The notes beneath the pieces were generated by a model. That model searched no databases and was not told the DNA's origin. It saw only the letters and a program-made list of their open reading frames with translations. A DNA stretch of 20,000 nt. It comes from an uncultured virus (IMG/VR IMGVR_UViG_3300001605_000032) (Duplodnaviria > Heunggongvirae > Uroviricota > Caudoviricetes). The position numbers and the translations under genes were made by a program. Shown here piece by piece: positions 7,855-15,906 of this stretch. The stretch is taken from positions 48,779-68,778 of IMG/VR virus record IMGVR_UViG_3300001605_000032; one strand, given 5' to 3'. How positions within the stretch are numbered: the first letter of the stretch is position 1; each line of letters begins with the position of its first letter.

Positions 7855-10107
7855 TCAGGTGTCTTCGTAAAGCGGGATCTGTTCAGTCGCGAGCAGGTCT
7901 TGAACCATGTCCTCGCTCTCCGGATGGACAGTGAGAGACGACGCCAACTTCAACTTTTCGATCATCAGCTTGACGTCGCGGTCGCGCTCTTTCTCGTAGG
8001 CGTTTGCCGCCAACTCGCGCTCGCGCACCTGTGCGTTGAGTGAGGCCACGGCCAGCTTGGGATCGACGGCTGGTTGCTCCGGTTGACCTTCAACTTGGTG
8101 CGGCTGCGCACGCATGGACGCGATGGCCAGTTGCGTTTGAAGCTGCTTGTCCTTGTTCTGCGCGTCCGCTGCGATCTTGGCTTGCTGGATCTGAGCGTTG
8201 ATGCCAGCAACCAGCAGTCTCGGATCTGGCGGCGGGGCTCCCGGCTGTTGCGGCGGCGCGAACAGTTCTTCCGGATTGTCGATGCCGATCGCCTTTAGGA
8301 TGTTCTCGTCCACCTTGCGAGCGTCGTACATCGCCGGGTTGGCGCTTTGAAGCTGCTTTACCGCTGTCCACTTCATCACACGGTGCATGTGCGACGGTGT
8401 ATTCGGATCGGCTTGCGGAACCAGATCGACGTTCTTCAACGCGGCGATCAGCTTGTCGGCATTCCACTTTCCGTTCTTGCGCCGCGCATGGCGCCAGAGC
8501 GCTTCCGGGTCTTCCTCAAAGCATTTCTTGAGCAGCCGCAGTTCTTCGCTCTGCGATGCGTGCAAACCCTTATGAACCGCGCCCTCGACCTTCATGGCTT
8601 GCTCGATCAGCGCCAGCGTGGTGCCAACGGGCGCGTTCTGCTTGCCCTCACCAACGCCTACCTCAGCCATGTTGCCGACGCGCTGGCCAACCTCCCGTAA
8701 GGCTCCCAAGAACGTCATGAACGCCGGGCCTGGCTCTTTGTACGGCAGCGGCATGACCATGTCTTTGATAGCCATGGTGCCGTTGGATTGGAGCGGCGCA
8801 CCACCACCGGGGGGAACCCGAAAGTGATTGGTCATCTGCCGATTGGAGCCGGTCTGCAAGTAGAGGAAGCCTGGGAAGTTCGCCAGCATGCCAGCGTCCA
8901 ACACTTCACGCGTGCCGGCCGTCAACGCCGTGGCGATGTTGCCGAGAATGTGCAACAGGCCGATGCCGTAGAAGCCGAACGCCTTGATGTAGCTGAACTC
9001 GACAAACGTCTTGCGCGGCTGGAACTCCTGATCTTCCTCGTCCCAATCGCGGCGGATCTCAAGGATCTGTTGAGACGCCTTGTCGATGGTGACGCGATAG
9101 GGCAGCGGAAGGCCAGTCGGAGCGCCGTTCTTCTTGTGCTCGTAGCCTTTGATGTCGAGTTCGCAGTAGCACTCCCACAGTTCGTAGTCCTGATCTTCCG
9201 GACGCGACTGCGTGTTGGGCTGGATACCCTGCACAGTATCTATCTTGCGCTGAACAGCATCGCCGCCCATCGGCTGCGGGAACAGATCGACGTGGCGATA
9301 GACGCCAAGGATCTGCATCCGCACCATGTCGGACTGTTTCATCCGAACGACTTGGGTAACCCTTGCCGCACTGGTCAGATCGACGGCGGCGTTGGAGACT
9401 ATCAAATCCTTGGCGTCCACATACTCGCTCACCGGACGATTGCGCAGAGGCGAGTGATATACCTTCTTGAACCCAGATCCACCGAAGCCGGTCATGAACA
9501 GCATCCGCCGCGTGTCGGGGTAATAGTCCGACGCCGTGGTGGTCAGGTAGATGTTGAGATCTTTTTCAAGCGTCTCCGCCTGCTGATCGCCGGCCGCGTT
9601 GCCGGGGCCATCGTTGCGCACCTTGACGGGGCCGCTCGCCGGCAGCAGTTCCGCCGCCGCGTTCGACATGAACCGGATGCACGCTTCCAGCAGGATCGGA
9701 TCGCGAACCGTGCTCATGCCTTCCAGCGGGGCGCCGGACGCTATGTCCGACTTTGGATCGTCGAGCTTCAAGCCAAGCAGATCAATGCCGCGTGCGCGGG
9801 CTTCCAGCCATTGCGACCGTGAACGATCGTCAGAATCGATACCGTTGCAGAGATCGCCACAGATGCGCGCGATCTCTGCCTGATCGATCTTGTCGGCAAG
9901 GTTCTCGTCGTGACCATCGCTGGCCATGGCATCGCGGCGGTACTGCGGGTTAAGATCGATGACGATCGAACCATCCGGCAGCGACACCTCGATCGTGCCG
10001 TCGCTCGTGACCCTTGGTGCGTCCAGGTCGACATCATCCGTCATCCCCTCCACCACCACGTCGTAATCGGCGTCGATGATGTTGGGTTGTGCGGCGATGC
10101 CTGCCAT
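7855..10107 (-). CDS. Portal protein (large, with helical C-terminal extension), 750 aa
   Basis: Located after TerL; motifs HDENLA, ELLPASGPVK, GSGFKKVY, FGFYGIGLLH, DAGMLANFPG and NAPVGTTLALIEQ; GAGGA RBS. Confidence 0.88.
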   Translation of the reverse strand: MAGIAAQPNIIDADYDVVVEGMTDDVDLDAPRVTSDGTIEVSLPDGSIVIDLNPQYRRDAMASDGHDENLADKIDQAEIARICGDLCNGIDSDDRSRSQWLEARARGIDLLGLKLDDPKSDIASGAPLEGMSTVRDPILLEACIRFMSNAAAELLPASGPVKVRNDGPGNAAGDQQAETLEKDLNIYLTTTASDYYPDTRRMLFMTGFGGSGFKKVYHSPLRNRPVSEYVDAKDLIVSNAAVDLTSAARVTQVVRMKQSDMVRMQILGVYRHVDLFPQPMGGDAVQRKIDTVQGIQPNTQSRPEDQDYELWECYCELDIKGYEHKKNGAPTGLPLPYRVTIDKASQQILEIRRDWDEEDQEFQPRKTFVEFSYIKAFGFYGIGLLHILGNIATALTAGTREVLDAGMLANFPGFLYLQTGSNRQMTNHFRVPPGGGAPLQSNGTMAIKDMVMPLPYKEPGPAFMTFLGALREVGQRVGNMAEVGVGEGKQNAPVGTTLALIEQAMKVEGAVHKGLHASQSEELRLLKKCFEEDPEALWRHARRKNGKWNADKLIAALKNVDLVPQADPNTPSHMHRVMKWTAVKQLQSANPAMYDARKVDENILKAIGIDNPEELFAPPQQPGAPPPDPRLLVAGINAQIQQAKIAADAQNKDKQLQTQLAIASMRAQPHQVEGQPEQPAVDPKLAVASLNAQVRERELAANAYEKERDRDVKLMIEKLKLASSLTVHPESEDMVQDLLATEQIPLYEDT

Positions 10108-10117
10108 GGATCAGTCC

Positions 10118-10345
10118 TCAGTTCGTCTGCTGCGCCGGCTCGCCGGGAACACGCCCGGCGATCTCGTCGATCATCCGCTGCGCAAGCTCGACGTCGGCGT
10201 ACATGCTGACCAGATGCTGCTTAGCGAGGTTGAAGTCACTGGCGACGCCGTTGGCGCTGAGATACGCCGTCATCTGATTGGCTCGATAGACCAGGATGCC
10301 GACCATGTCGTCGATGGTCAGCTGGCGTCCATTCGTCTCGTTCAT
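10118..10345 (-). CDS. Hypothetical protein (75 aa)
   Basis: Tightly packed co-directional ORF; helical composition. Confidence 0.6.
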   Translation of the reverse strand: MNETNGRQLTIDDMVGILVYRANQMTAYLSANGVASDFNLAKQHLVSMYADVELAQRMIDEIAGRVPGEPAQQTN

Positions 10346-10348
10346 TGA

Positions 10349-10882
10349 TCACATCCCCAGCGGTTCTGTTGTGTCACCCCGTGCCAGCCACCGCTTGAAC
10401 TGGCCTATCCCCATCTTGGTCACGGCGCCGATGCGCTCATGTCCGCGATTATCCGAAAATGCTTTCTTGTACGTCTCGATGGCGTCGTCTTTCGACGAGA
10501 ACCCTGCCATAACCTTGTGCTCGTCGAACTTGCCGTTGCGAGCGTCGATCTGGTCGATCACCCACACGTCTTGAGCAAGAGGATTAGGCCCCATGTAGAG
10601 ATCAATATGGTCGTCGTCGGCGCCTACGCTGCGAAGCACGTAACCGTACGAAGCGGGCATGGTGCAGGCCCATGCATTACCCTTCGCATCGACGCCGCGA
10701 CGGATAGAACCCTTGGCGTTCTCAATCGAAATCCGCAGGCCGTGCCAATTTATCTTGCCTTTGCGGTAGTTGCCGGCCGCGACCTTGGCCTCGCTCGGCT
10801 TGCGTTCCGTCTGCGCGGCAGCGTTCATCACGTGCTCACGCGCCAGCCGCATCGCCGTCGAGACGATGTCCCGGCCGCTCAT
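10349..10882 (-). CDS. Stand-alone inorganic-pyrophosphatase-fold protein of the polyvalent-protein (InPase) type, 177 aa
   Basis: Motifs GNYRKGK, ISIENAKGSIRRG, YGYV...GADDDHIDLY, VIDQ...FDEHKVMAGF and FKRWL. Confidence 0.85.
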   Translation of the reverse strand: MSGRDIVSTAMRLAREHVMNAAAQTERKPSEAKVAAGNYRKGKINWHGLRISIENAKGSIRRGVDAKGNAWACTMPASYGYVLRSVGADDDHIDLYMGPNPLAQDVWVIDQIDARNGKFDEHKVMAGFSSKDDAIETYKKAFSDNRGHERIGAVTKMGIGQFKRWLARGDTTEPLGM

Positions 10883-11076
10883 TTTTCTTCCTCGTCGCCG
10901 CGCTCGATCTTTGTCTCTATCAAAGGAAGTTCTTGAAAATCTTCAACCTGCAGCCTTGCAACTTGCTGGCTTTGCGGCTCAGTCGATCTCTGCGCTCGGC
11001 CGATAACTAAGTGGCCTGACATTCTTCCACCAGTGGAAACAGTAAGCGTACCACTGATTTGGATGCGATCATTCAT
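10879..11076 (-). CDS. Hypothetical protein (65 aa)
   Basis: ATG 11076 overlaps the end of the upstream ORF; stop overlaps the downstream ATG (ATGA). Confidence 0.5.
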   Translation of the reverse strand: MNDRIQISGTLTVSTGGRMSGHLVIGRAQRSTEPQSQQVARLQVEDFQELPLIETKIERGDEEEK

Positions 11077-11305
11077 CTGGCAAATCCTTCTGCTCGGCTG
11101 GTTCATCTAAACAATGAGATTGACCAATTATCGGCAAGGACCTGGCGGCACGAGTGGAAAGCACCAAAAATAACTCAGCCACCGAATCTAAATAGTCACC
11201 GCGACTGAACTCTGCTCCACACAGGCGTAAATGTCTGGCACCTGCGTCAATAGCCTCGATCAATGCTTCACTTTCAGGTTCCGTGAAGTCTATAATTTCC
11301 CTCAC
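11069..11305 (-). CDS. Hypothetical protein (78 aa), AT-richer than the core genes
   Basis: GTGA-coupled to the upstream micro-ORF. Confidence 0.55.
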   Translation of the reverse strand: MREIIDFTEPESEALIEAIDAGARHLRLCGAEFSRGDYLDSVAELFLVLSTRAARSLPIIGQSHCLDEPAEQKDLPDE

Positions 11306-11391
11306 TTATCGTCTCTCATCGCTTGGTTCACCACCATCGCTGCAATGATCAGCAGCGCTAAAACTACCGACAGTGCGAGTTGGTCGATCAT
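11302..11391 (-). CDS. Single-TM micro-protein (29 aa)
   Basis: Manual translation MIDQLALSVVLALLIIAAMVVNQAMRDDK*; GAGG RBS; starts 6 bp after the terL stop; stop overlaps the next GTG. Confidence 0.55.
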   Translation of the reverse strand: MIDQLALSVVLALLIIAAMVVNQAMRDDK

Positions 11392-11397
11392 GTTGCC

Positions 11398-13059
11398 TCA
11401 GACTGGATAGAGCGGCGGAACCTTCTCGCGGTGCATCGAGCGTGCGATGCGCTCGTCGTTTCTTTCCTCACGGCGAACGGCGAGGCCGACAATGCGAAGG
11501 TGATACAGAGCCTGCGTTGCGCTGTCGACAATGTCTCGATACCGACCGTTCGGGAACACGGCGTGATCGTCGATGACCAACTGCGCCCAATCGCGCGGAA
11601 CAAGCTCAGAGCCCGGATCTTTCGGATCTTCCAGTGATGCCGGAACGTGAACGAGACCGTCCGTCCAAAGGTGGATGACCGCCAGAGCACGGGCGAACTT
11701 GTCGCCGTCCGGGTTGACCATTTCAACGCCGAACGCCTCAGACCGATACAGCCGCTCAATCTCTTGACCGACCGACTGCCCGCTAGCTTTGTTCTCGATC
11801 AACAGTCGATCGACGCGGAGCCGCTTGCATTCGTATGCGACCCACTCGACCAGGCCCCACTCTCTCTTTGCCCGATCGACCCAGGACCGCTCGGATTCGT
11901 TTGGCTTGCGGTCGACGTGCGGGCCGTGGATCTCAAGATGCTTGCGCCACCCGGCCAGCATGAGAATCTGCGGGTTTCCGTGCTGGTCTCGATATACGCC
12001 CCAGACGCTGAACCCAGACGGATCGTTGTGCTCTTTCTTGGTGTAGGCGGAGTCCAAGGACGCGACGACATATTCCATCTTCGGCGGAAGTTTGCCGAAC
12101 GGGACTTCCAGCATCTGCCAATACTTACGCTTGAAGATGCCGCCGCCGCGTGGCTCTGGCGATTGTTGATACTGGCCGGCCCATAGAAACTCGTTGCGGC
12201 GAGACCGCGTCAGCACGGACTCTGGATAGCGCTCCGGCCACGCCAGTTCGCCCAACTCTGTTCGCGGGTCTTCCCACCCGATGATCGTCGAGCAACGCCG
12301 ACCGTCGAATTCCATCGGTATGCAGAGATGAACGTAGTCATCCTCGTGCGTGATGATGTGCCCACTGACATCATCTTCATGCACGCGCTGCATGATCACG
12401 ACGATCGCCGACTTTTTCAGGTCGTTGAGGCGGTTGCTCATCGCCTCGTCAAACCACCGAACCGTTTTGCTGCGGATGATGTCGGACTCGCCATCCTTTA
12501 TGTTGTGCGGATCGTCGAGGCAGACGATATCCGATCTGGCGCCTGTGCCGACGCCACCAACTGACGACGCGAACTTCCAACCCGTCTTGTCGTTCGATAT
12601 CTTTTCGACGCCGATTGCGGTTGACGCAAACCGCGACCCATACAGATCCTGATACTCTGCCGACTGGATCAGGTTGCGGAAGTAGCCGTTGTCTCGTTCC
12701 GTCAGATGAGCGGCGTAGCTGAACCCGATGATGCGCGTGTGTGGCAGGTCCATCGGACCCCAAATCCACGCCGGCCAAAATACGTTTGTGACGAGCGATT
12801 TTGAGAAGCCCGGAGGGACGTTGATCAAAAGCCGGTTGATCGTGCCGTACGTTACCGCTTCCAAATGCTCACAGATCGCCCGAACAGACCACCCATCAAC
12901 AAACGGCGTCTTCGGCTCCAGCACGTGCCAGAAGTATTTGACGAACTCGTACAAGCCGCCGGGACGGGCGTGCGCATCCTTCGCCTGTCTACGCAGCAAC
13001 TCCCGTCTCAGCGCTATCTGGCGTTCCAGAATAGGGCGACGGGAGCCAAGGGAGGACAT
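11398..13059 (-). CDS. terL: Terminase large subunit (553 aa)
   Basis: Walker A-like LLINVPPGFSKS, Walker B IVCLDDP, motif III VIMQR, GQYQQSP linker, and RNase-H-like nuclease acidic motifs SLDSA and DIVDSATQAL. Confidence 0.95.
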   Translation of the reverse strand: MSSLGSRRPILERQIALRRELLRRQAKDAHARPGGLYEFVKYFWHVLEPKTPFVDGWSVRAICEHLEAVTYGTINRLLINVPPGFSKSLVTNVFWPAWIWGPMDLPHTRIIGFSYAAHLTERDNGYFRNLIQSAEYQDLYGSRFASTAIGVEKISNDKTGWKFASSVGGVGTGARSDIVCLDDPHNIKDGESDIIRSKTVRWFDEAMSNRLNDLKKSAIVVIMQRVHEDDVSGHIITHEDDYVHLCIPMEFDGRRCSTIIGWEDPRTELGELAWPERYPESVLTRSRRNEFLWAGQYQQSPEPRGGGIFKRKYWQMLEVPFGKLPPKMEYVVASLDSAYTKKEHNDPSGFSVWGVYRDQHGNPQILMLAGWRKHLEIHGPHVDRKPNESERSWVDRAKREWGLVEWVAYECKRLRVDRLLIENKASGQSVGQEIERLYRSEAFGVEMVNPDGDKFARALAVIHLWTDGLVHVPASLEDPKDPGSELVPRDWAQLVIDDHAVFPNGRYRDIVDSATQALYHLRIVGLAVRREERNDERIARSMHREKVPPLYPV

Positions 13060-13062
13060 GGG

Positions 13063-13317
13063 TTACGATTGAGTGTCGCTTCGACGCAACCAGCCGGACG
13101 GAGGCGAGAGCGGTTTCCGGAAATGCCACTCGACCTCATCGGAGACAATTTGCAGCGTACCGTCAGAACCAAACTTTTCAGTGAGCGCCAATAGAACCGC
13201 AGCCATGAGACCTTGCCGTGGATCAGAGCTTTCGCCGGGCATGGCGATATACTTGCGCATCTGCTCAAGGATGTCGGTAGCTTCTGGGCTCAGGTTCCAA
13301 GCATAATCGTCGATCAC
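13063..13317 (-). CDS. Hypothetical protein between terS and terL (84 aa)
   Basis: GTG immediately follows the terS stop; ends 3 bp before the terL ATG. Confidence 0.6.
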   Translation of the reverse strand: MIDDYAWNLSPEATDILEQMRKYIAMPGESSDPRQGLMAAVLLALTEKFGSDGTLQIVSDEVEWHFRKPLSPPSGWLRRSDTQS

Positions 13318-13944
13318 CTAGTTCACCGTCCCGTTGCCGCTGTGCAAGTTTTCGATCTCGGCATCGGCCAGACGTTCCAACTCAGTGACGATCTCCTCGT
13401 CCGTCATGTTGGAGAAGTCGCCTGGGCCGCCAACCTCAACACGGTCGATGAACAGCCCAAGGTGCTTACCAAGATCAACCAATGCGCCCTTCTTGTCGTG
13501 GAGCTTCAGTGTAAGCGTGCCGTCCTTCGTCTGCTTCACTTCGGCAATCGCAGCCGCTGCGTTTTCCGACAAATCCTTTGCGTCAACAAGAGCGATCCCG
13601 TTTGTAATGTACTCGGTTCCATCCTCTTTCGTCACCGCTATCGCAGCGCCCCACTTCACGACGTCGGTGATGTTGGTGAAACCAATTTTGGCCAATTCGC
13701 CTAGAACCTTTTCCTTCGTAATGGCCAGCTTCTCAATGGCCCTCTCCGTTGCCTTGCGCTCGATGTGGTCGTGTTTCGCAAGCAACTCGCTAACCCTAGC
13801 TAAAATATGCTCTTTTCTGGCCATCGCCGCTGCGTTTGACGGGTGCGGCGAGAAACCGGCAGAAATATATGCTTTGGCAGCGGGCTCGCCCCTTGCAAGC
13901 GCTTGGGCAAAAGCCTCTTGGCGAACGTTCTTGATGATCGGCAT
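13318..13944 (-). CDS. terS: Terminase small subunit (208 aa)
   Basis: N-terminal HTH RQEAFAQAL...AKAYISAGFS; ITKEKVLGELAKIGF; LKLHDKKGALVDLGKHLGLF; upstream of terL. Confidence 0.92.
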   Translation of the reverse strand: MPIIKNVRQEAFAQALARGEPAAKAYISAGFSPHPSNAAAMARKEHILARVSELLAKHDHIERKATERAIEKLAITKEKVLGELAKIGFTNITDVVKWGAAIAVTKEDGTEYITNGIALVDAKDLSENAAAAIAEVKQTKDGTLTLKLHDKKGALVDLGKHLGLFIDRVEVGGPGDFSNMTDEEIVTELERLADAEIENLHSGNGTVN

Positions 13945-14121
13945 TCGATTTTATCCCACCAGCTTTGCAGGCGGTGCTATTTGCTTCCTGTTGCGACGAA
14001 TGTGTGTGTGAGATAGTTGACCGGCTCGAACTGGAACCACCGTGTCAGGTTGTACTGGACTATAATGCTGAGCGGGATGATGTCGCCGCGCTTGCATCTG
14101 GCTTTCCAGCGGCGGCGGTTG

Positions 14122-14664
14122 TCACCCCTCACGACGCGCCGCCCGATCTTTCCACGTCGCCGCGATAGCCGCGTGCTCTGCTGTGACGTCGCCTGTGTAT
14201 GGCAACCCATCCGTGCCGATGATGTCACCGCTGGGCTGGACGATGTAGCCCAACCTGACCGTCTCGGCCTGCATCTTGTGTGATAGACGATCCTTCTTGG
14301 CGAACCGCTCGGCAATGGCGCGCAATTCGCATTCGATGGTGGGACACTGCATCAGGATCAACCCTTGCCGTTCGAAGGCAATGGCCGCGTCCTCTACTGG
14401 CATCTCTGGATGTGCGGATGGTCGCACGAATGTCCAGCCGTTGTTCAGCCGATCTTCAAGGTTCGCCATGTCTGGCTCGCCCATCAGAGCGGTGCGCACC
14501 CAATTGTACGTTATGCCGGGAGGTGGCGTGAGAGTGGCAGTGGGTGCCACTGCTTCGGCAATCGCCGGATGCGCTGGCGCAATCGGAACCTTGGGCAGAA
14601 CGGCAATGACCGCTACGCCTGAAAGCCCCTTGAGGAATGATCGACGGGTAAGGTCGATGGTCAT
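14122..14664 (-). CDS. Protein with a twin-arginine (Tat) signal, paralog of head-module ORF 4561..5127 (180 aa)
   Basis: N-terminus MTIDL-TRRSFLK-GLSGVAVIAVLP fits the S/TRRxFLK consensus; the core aligns with 4561..5127. Confidence 0.8.
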   Translation of the reverse strand: MTIDLTRRSFLKGLSGVAVIAVLPKVPIAPAHPAIAEAVAPTATLTPPPGITYNWVRTALMGEPDMANLEDRLNNGWTFVRPSAHPEMPVEDAAIAFERQGLILMQCPTIECELRAIAERFAKKDRLSHKMQAETVRLGYIVQPSGDIIGTDGLPYTGDVTAEHAAIAATWKDRAARREG

Positions 14665-14667
14665 GCC

Positions 14668-14793
14668 CTAAATCATCCGAAGAACGTCACGCCAAAGCCA
14701 TAGGCTTTGCGGCTCTTGAGCTTGAGCCAACGCGTAAGAAACAGCCACCGCTGCCATCATAGCAACAACCGATATTGCAACGCGAGCCGTCAT
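14668..14793 (-). CDS. Micro-protein with a Sec-signal-like N-terminus (41 aa)
   Basis: Manual translation MTARVAISVVAMMAAVAVSYALAQAQEPQSLWLWRDVLRMI*; ATGA-coupled to the upstream gene; ends 3 bp before the next ATG. Confidence 0.5.
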   Translation of the reverse strand: MTARVAISVVAMMAAVAVSYALAQAQEPQSLWLWRDVLRMI

Positions 14794-15014
14794 TCCTTCT
14801 TCTCCCATGCGGAGCAGAGGGAAAGATCGGTGGTGTATTGAGGGACAAAATTACTCATAGCGCCAAGATTGATCGAAAACGAGTTGACCGAGCACTCCCC
14901 GAGCGTCGTGGCCGTGCGCGTGTCGCGCTTCCAATGCTTGCAGTTCGCGCACTTCGGATTGCGATCTTCCAGCCTCGCTTTAAGATAGGCGGTGATGTCG
15001 TCGGGGTGTGTCAT
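14790..15014 (-). CDS. Small four-cysteine metal-binding protein (74 aa)
   Basis: CANCKHW...GEC...LCSAW; ATGA-coupled. Confidence 0.7.
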   Translation of the reverse strand: MTHPDDITAYLKARLEDRNPKCANCKHWKRDTRTATTLGECSVNSFSINLGAMSNFVPQYTTDLSLCSAWEKKE

Positions 15015-15328
15015 GCTGCTGTCGGCCCTGTTCGCTCAATTGCCGTAGCGATCTCCATCAACCGCTGCTTAGCACGCTCCATCAGCCAAAGCACCGTGCC
15101 TCCATCGGCTATGCTCGCCGCAAAATAGTCTTCGTTGTTGAGATCGTAGCCGAGCACTACTACAGACGACATGCCGTCGCTGAGCGCGTTGGCAAGAATC
15201 ATTGCCGGATCGTAATTGATCGACGATGGCGTGCCGAGTTGCACGACGTTCTCATGCTGGCGGAGCCGGACCCGGCCGACGCGGCAATGCCATGTTGGAT
15301 CAGGGTTGCGGAGGGGAGCTACCGTCAC
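15011..15328 (-). CDS. Phage protein of unknown function (105 aa)
   Basis: VVVLGYD...YFAASIADGGTVLWLMERAK resembles a recurrent proteobacterial phage family; GTGA-coupled. Confidence 0.7.
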   Translation of the reverse strand: MTVAPLRNPDPTWHCRVGRVRLRQHENVVQLGTPSSINYDPAMILANALSDGMSSVVVLGYDLNNEDYFAASIADGGTVLWLMERAKQRLMEIATAIERTGPTAA

Positions 15329-15654
15329 GCCTTCTTCCCCCGCCCCTTGGGCTTTGCTGCCTGCTCAACCGGCTGCACTGGCACATCGTCGATTGCGCCG
15401 TCCTGTACGGCATGGGGTGGCTCTACATCGGCAGACGGTGGCGCTGGCTCAATCAGCGGGACCGGATCTGGGTGAGGCGCTGGGGTTGCCTTTGCTACCG
15501 GCTTGGCACGCTCTGCCCTGTACCGCTGGATAGCATCAAACGCCGCGATGATCGTCTTGGCGTCGTCATGCCGACCCGCACAGTCGAGACCTGGCTTATT
15601 TGCGTGAGCGTCGGTGATCGCCTGAGCTACTGCTGTCAGTTCGTCGCCGGTCAT
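15325..15654 (-). CDS. Hypothetical protein with a Pro-rich tail (109 aa)
   Basis: ATG 15654 has a GAGG RBS; first ORF after the structured non-coding region. Confidence 0.65.
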   Translation of the reverse strand: MTGDELTAVAQAITDAHANKPGLDCAGRHDDAKTIIAAFDAIQRYRAERAKPVAKATPAPHPDPVPLIEPAPPSADVEPPHAVQDGAIDDVPVQPVEQAAKPKGRGKKA

Positions 15655-15664
15655 CGCCGCCCTC

Positions 15665-15703
15665 AAATGCGAAAGGCCGCTCGCCCCTTGCGGGGCGCGG
15701 CCT
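15665..15703 (-). terminator. GC-rich GNRA-capped hairpin, terminator-like with a weak U tract
   Basis: Minus-strand RNA AGGCCG-CGCCCC-GCAA-GGGGCG-AG-CGGCCU then UUCGCAUUU, just before the RBS of the next ORF. Confidence 0.5.
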
Positions 15704-15820
15704 CTGTATCTTTCGATCCTTCACGCTTGACTGTACTGATTTGTGCCTGATTCACCTGTAGGTGTCCAGTGCCAAATGTATTGGGTCCTATAGGTGGGAG
15801 TGGCATGGGGCTTGCTTAAG

Positions 15821-15903
15821 TAGCCAGCGGGGCCGGTCCCCTATTCGTGTGCAGACACCGGAATCGCCCCTGGACCGGCGGGGCTCCGCACACGCGCTGG
15901 CTA
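15821..15903 (-). ncRNA. Candidate structured RNA with an 8-bp pseudoknot or alternative pairing
   Basis: Four perfect helices: 15821-29/15895-903, 15846-52/15888-94, 15866-70/15880-84 and the crossing 15832-39/15872-79. Confidence 0.55.
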
Positions 15904-15906
15904 TTG

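Noticed and set aside
13977..14315. 112-aa minus-strand ORF upstream of terS
   Set aside because: Largely overlaps the Tat-signal gene in another frame. A shorter ~50-aa version is possible but unsupported.
15821..15903. HDV-like or theta ribozyme
   Set aside because: Helix order and the L3 and J4/2 consensus do not fit on either strand by inspection.
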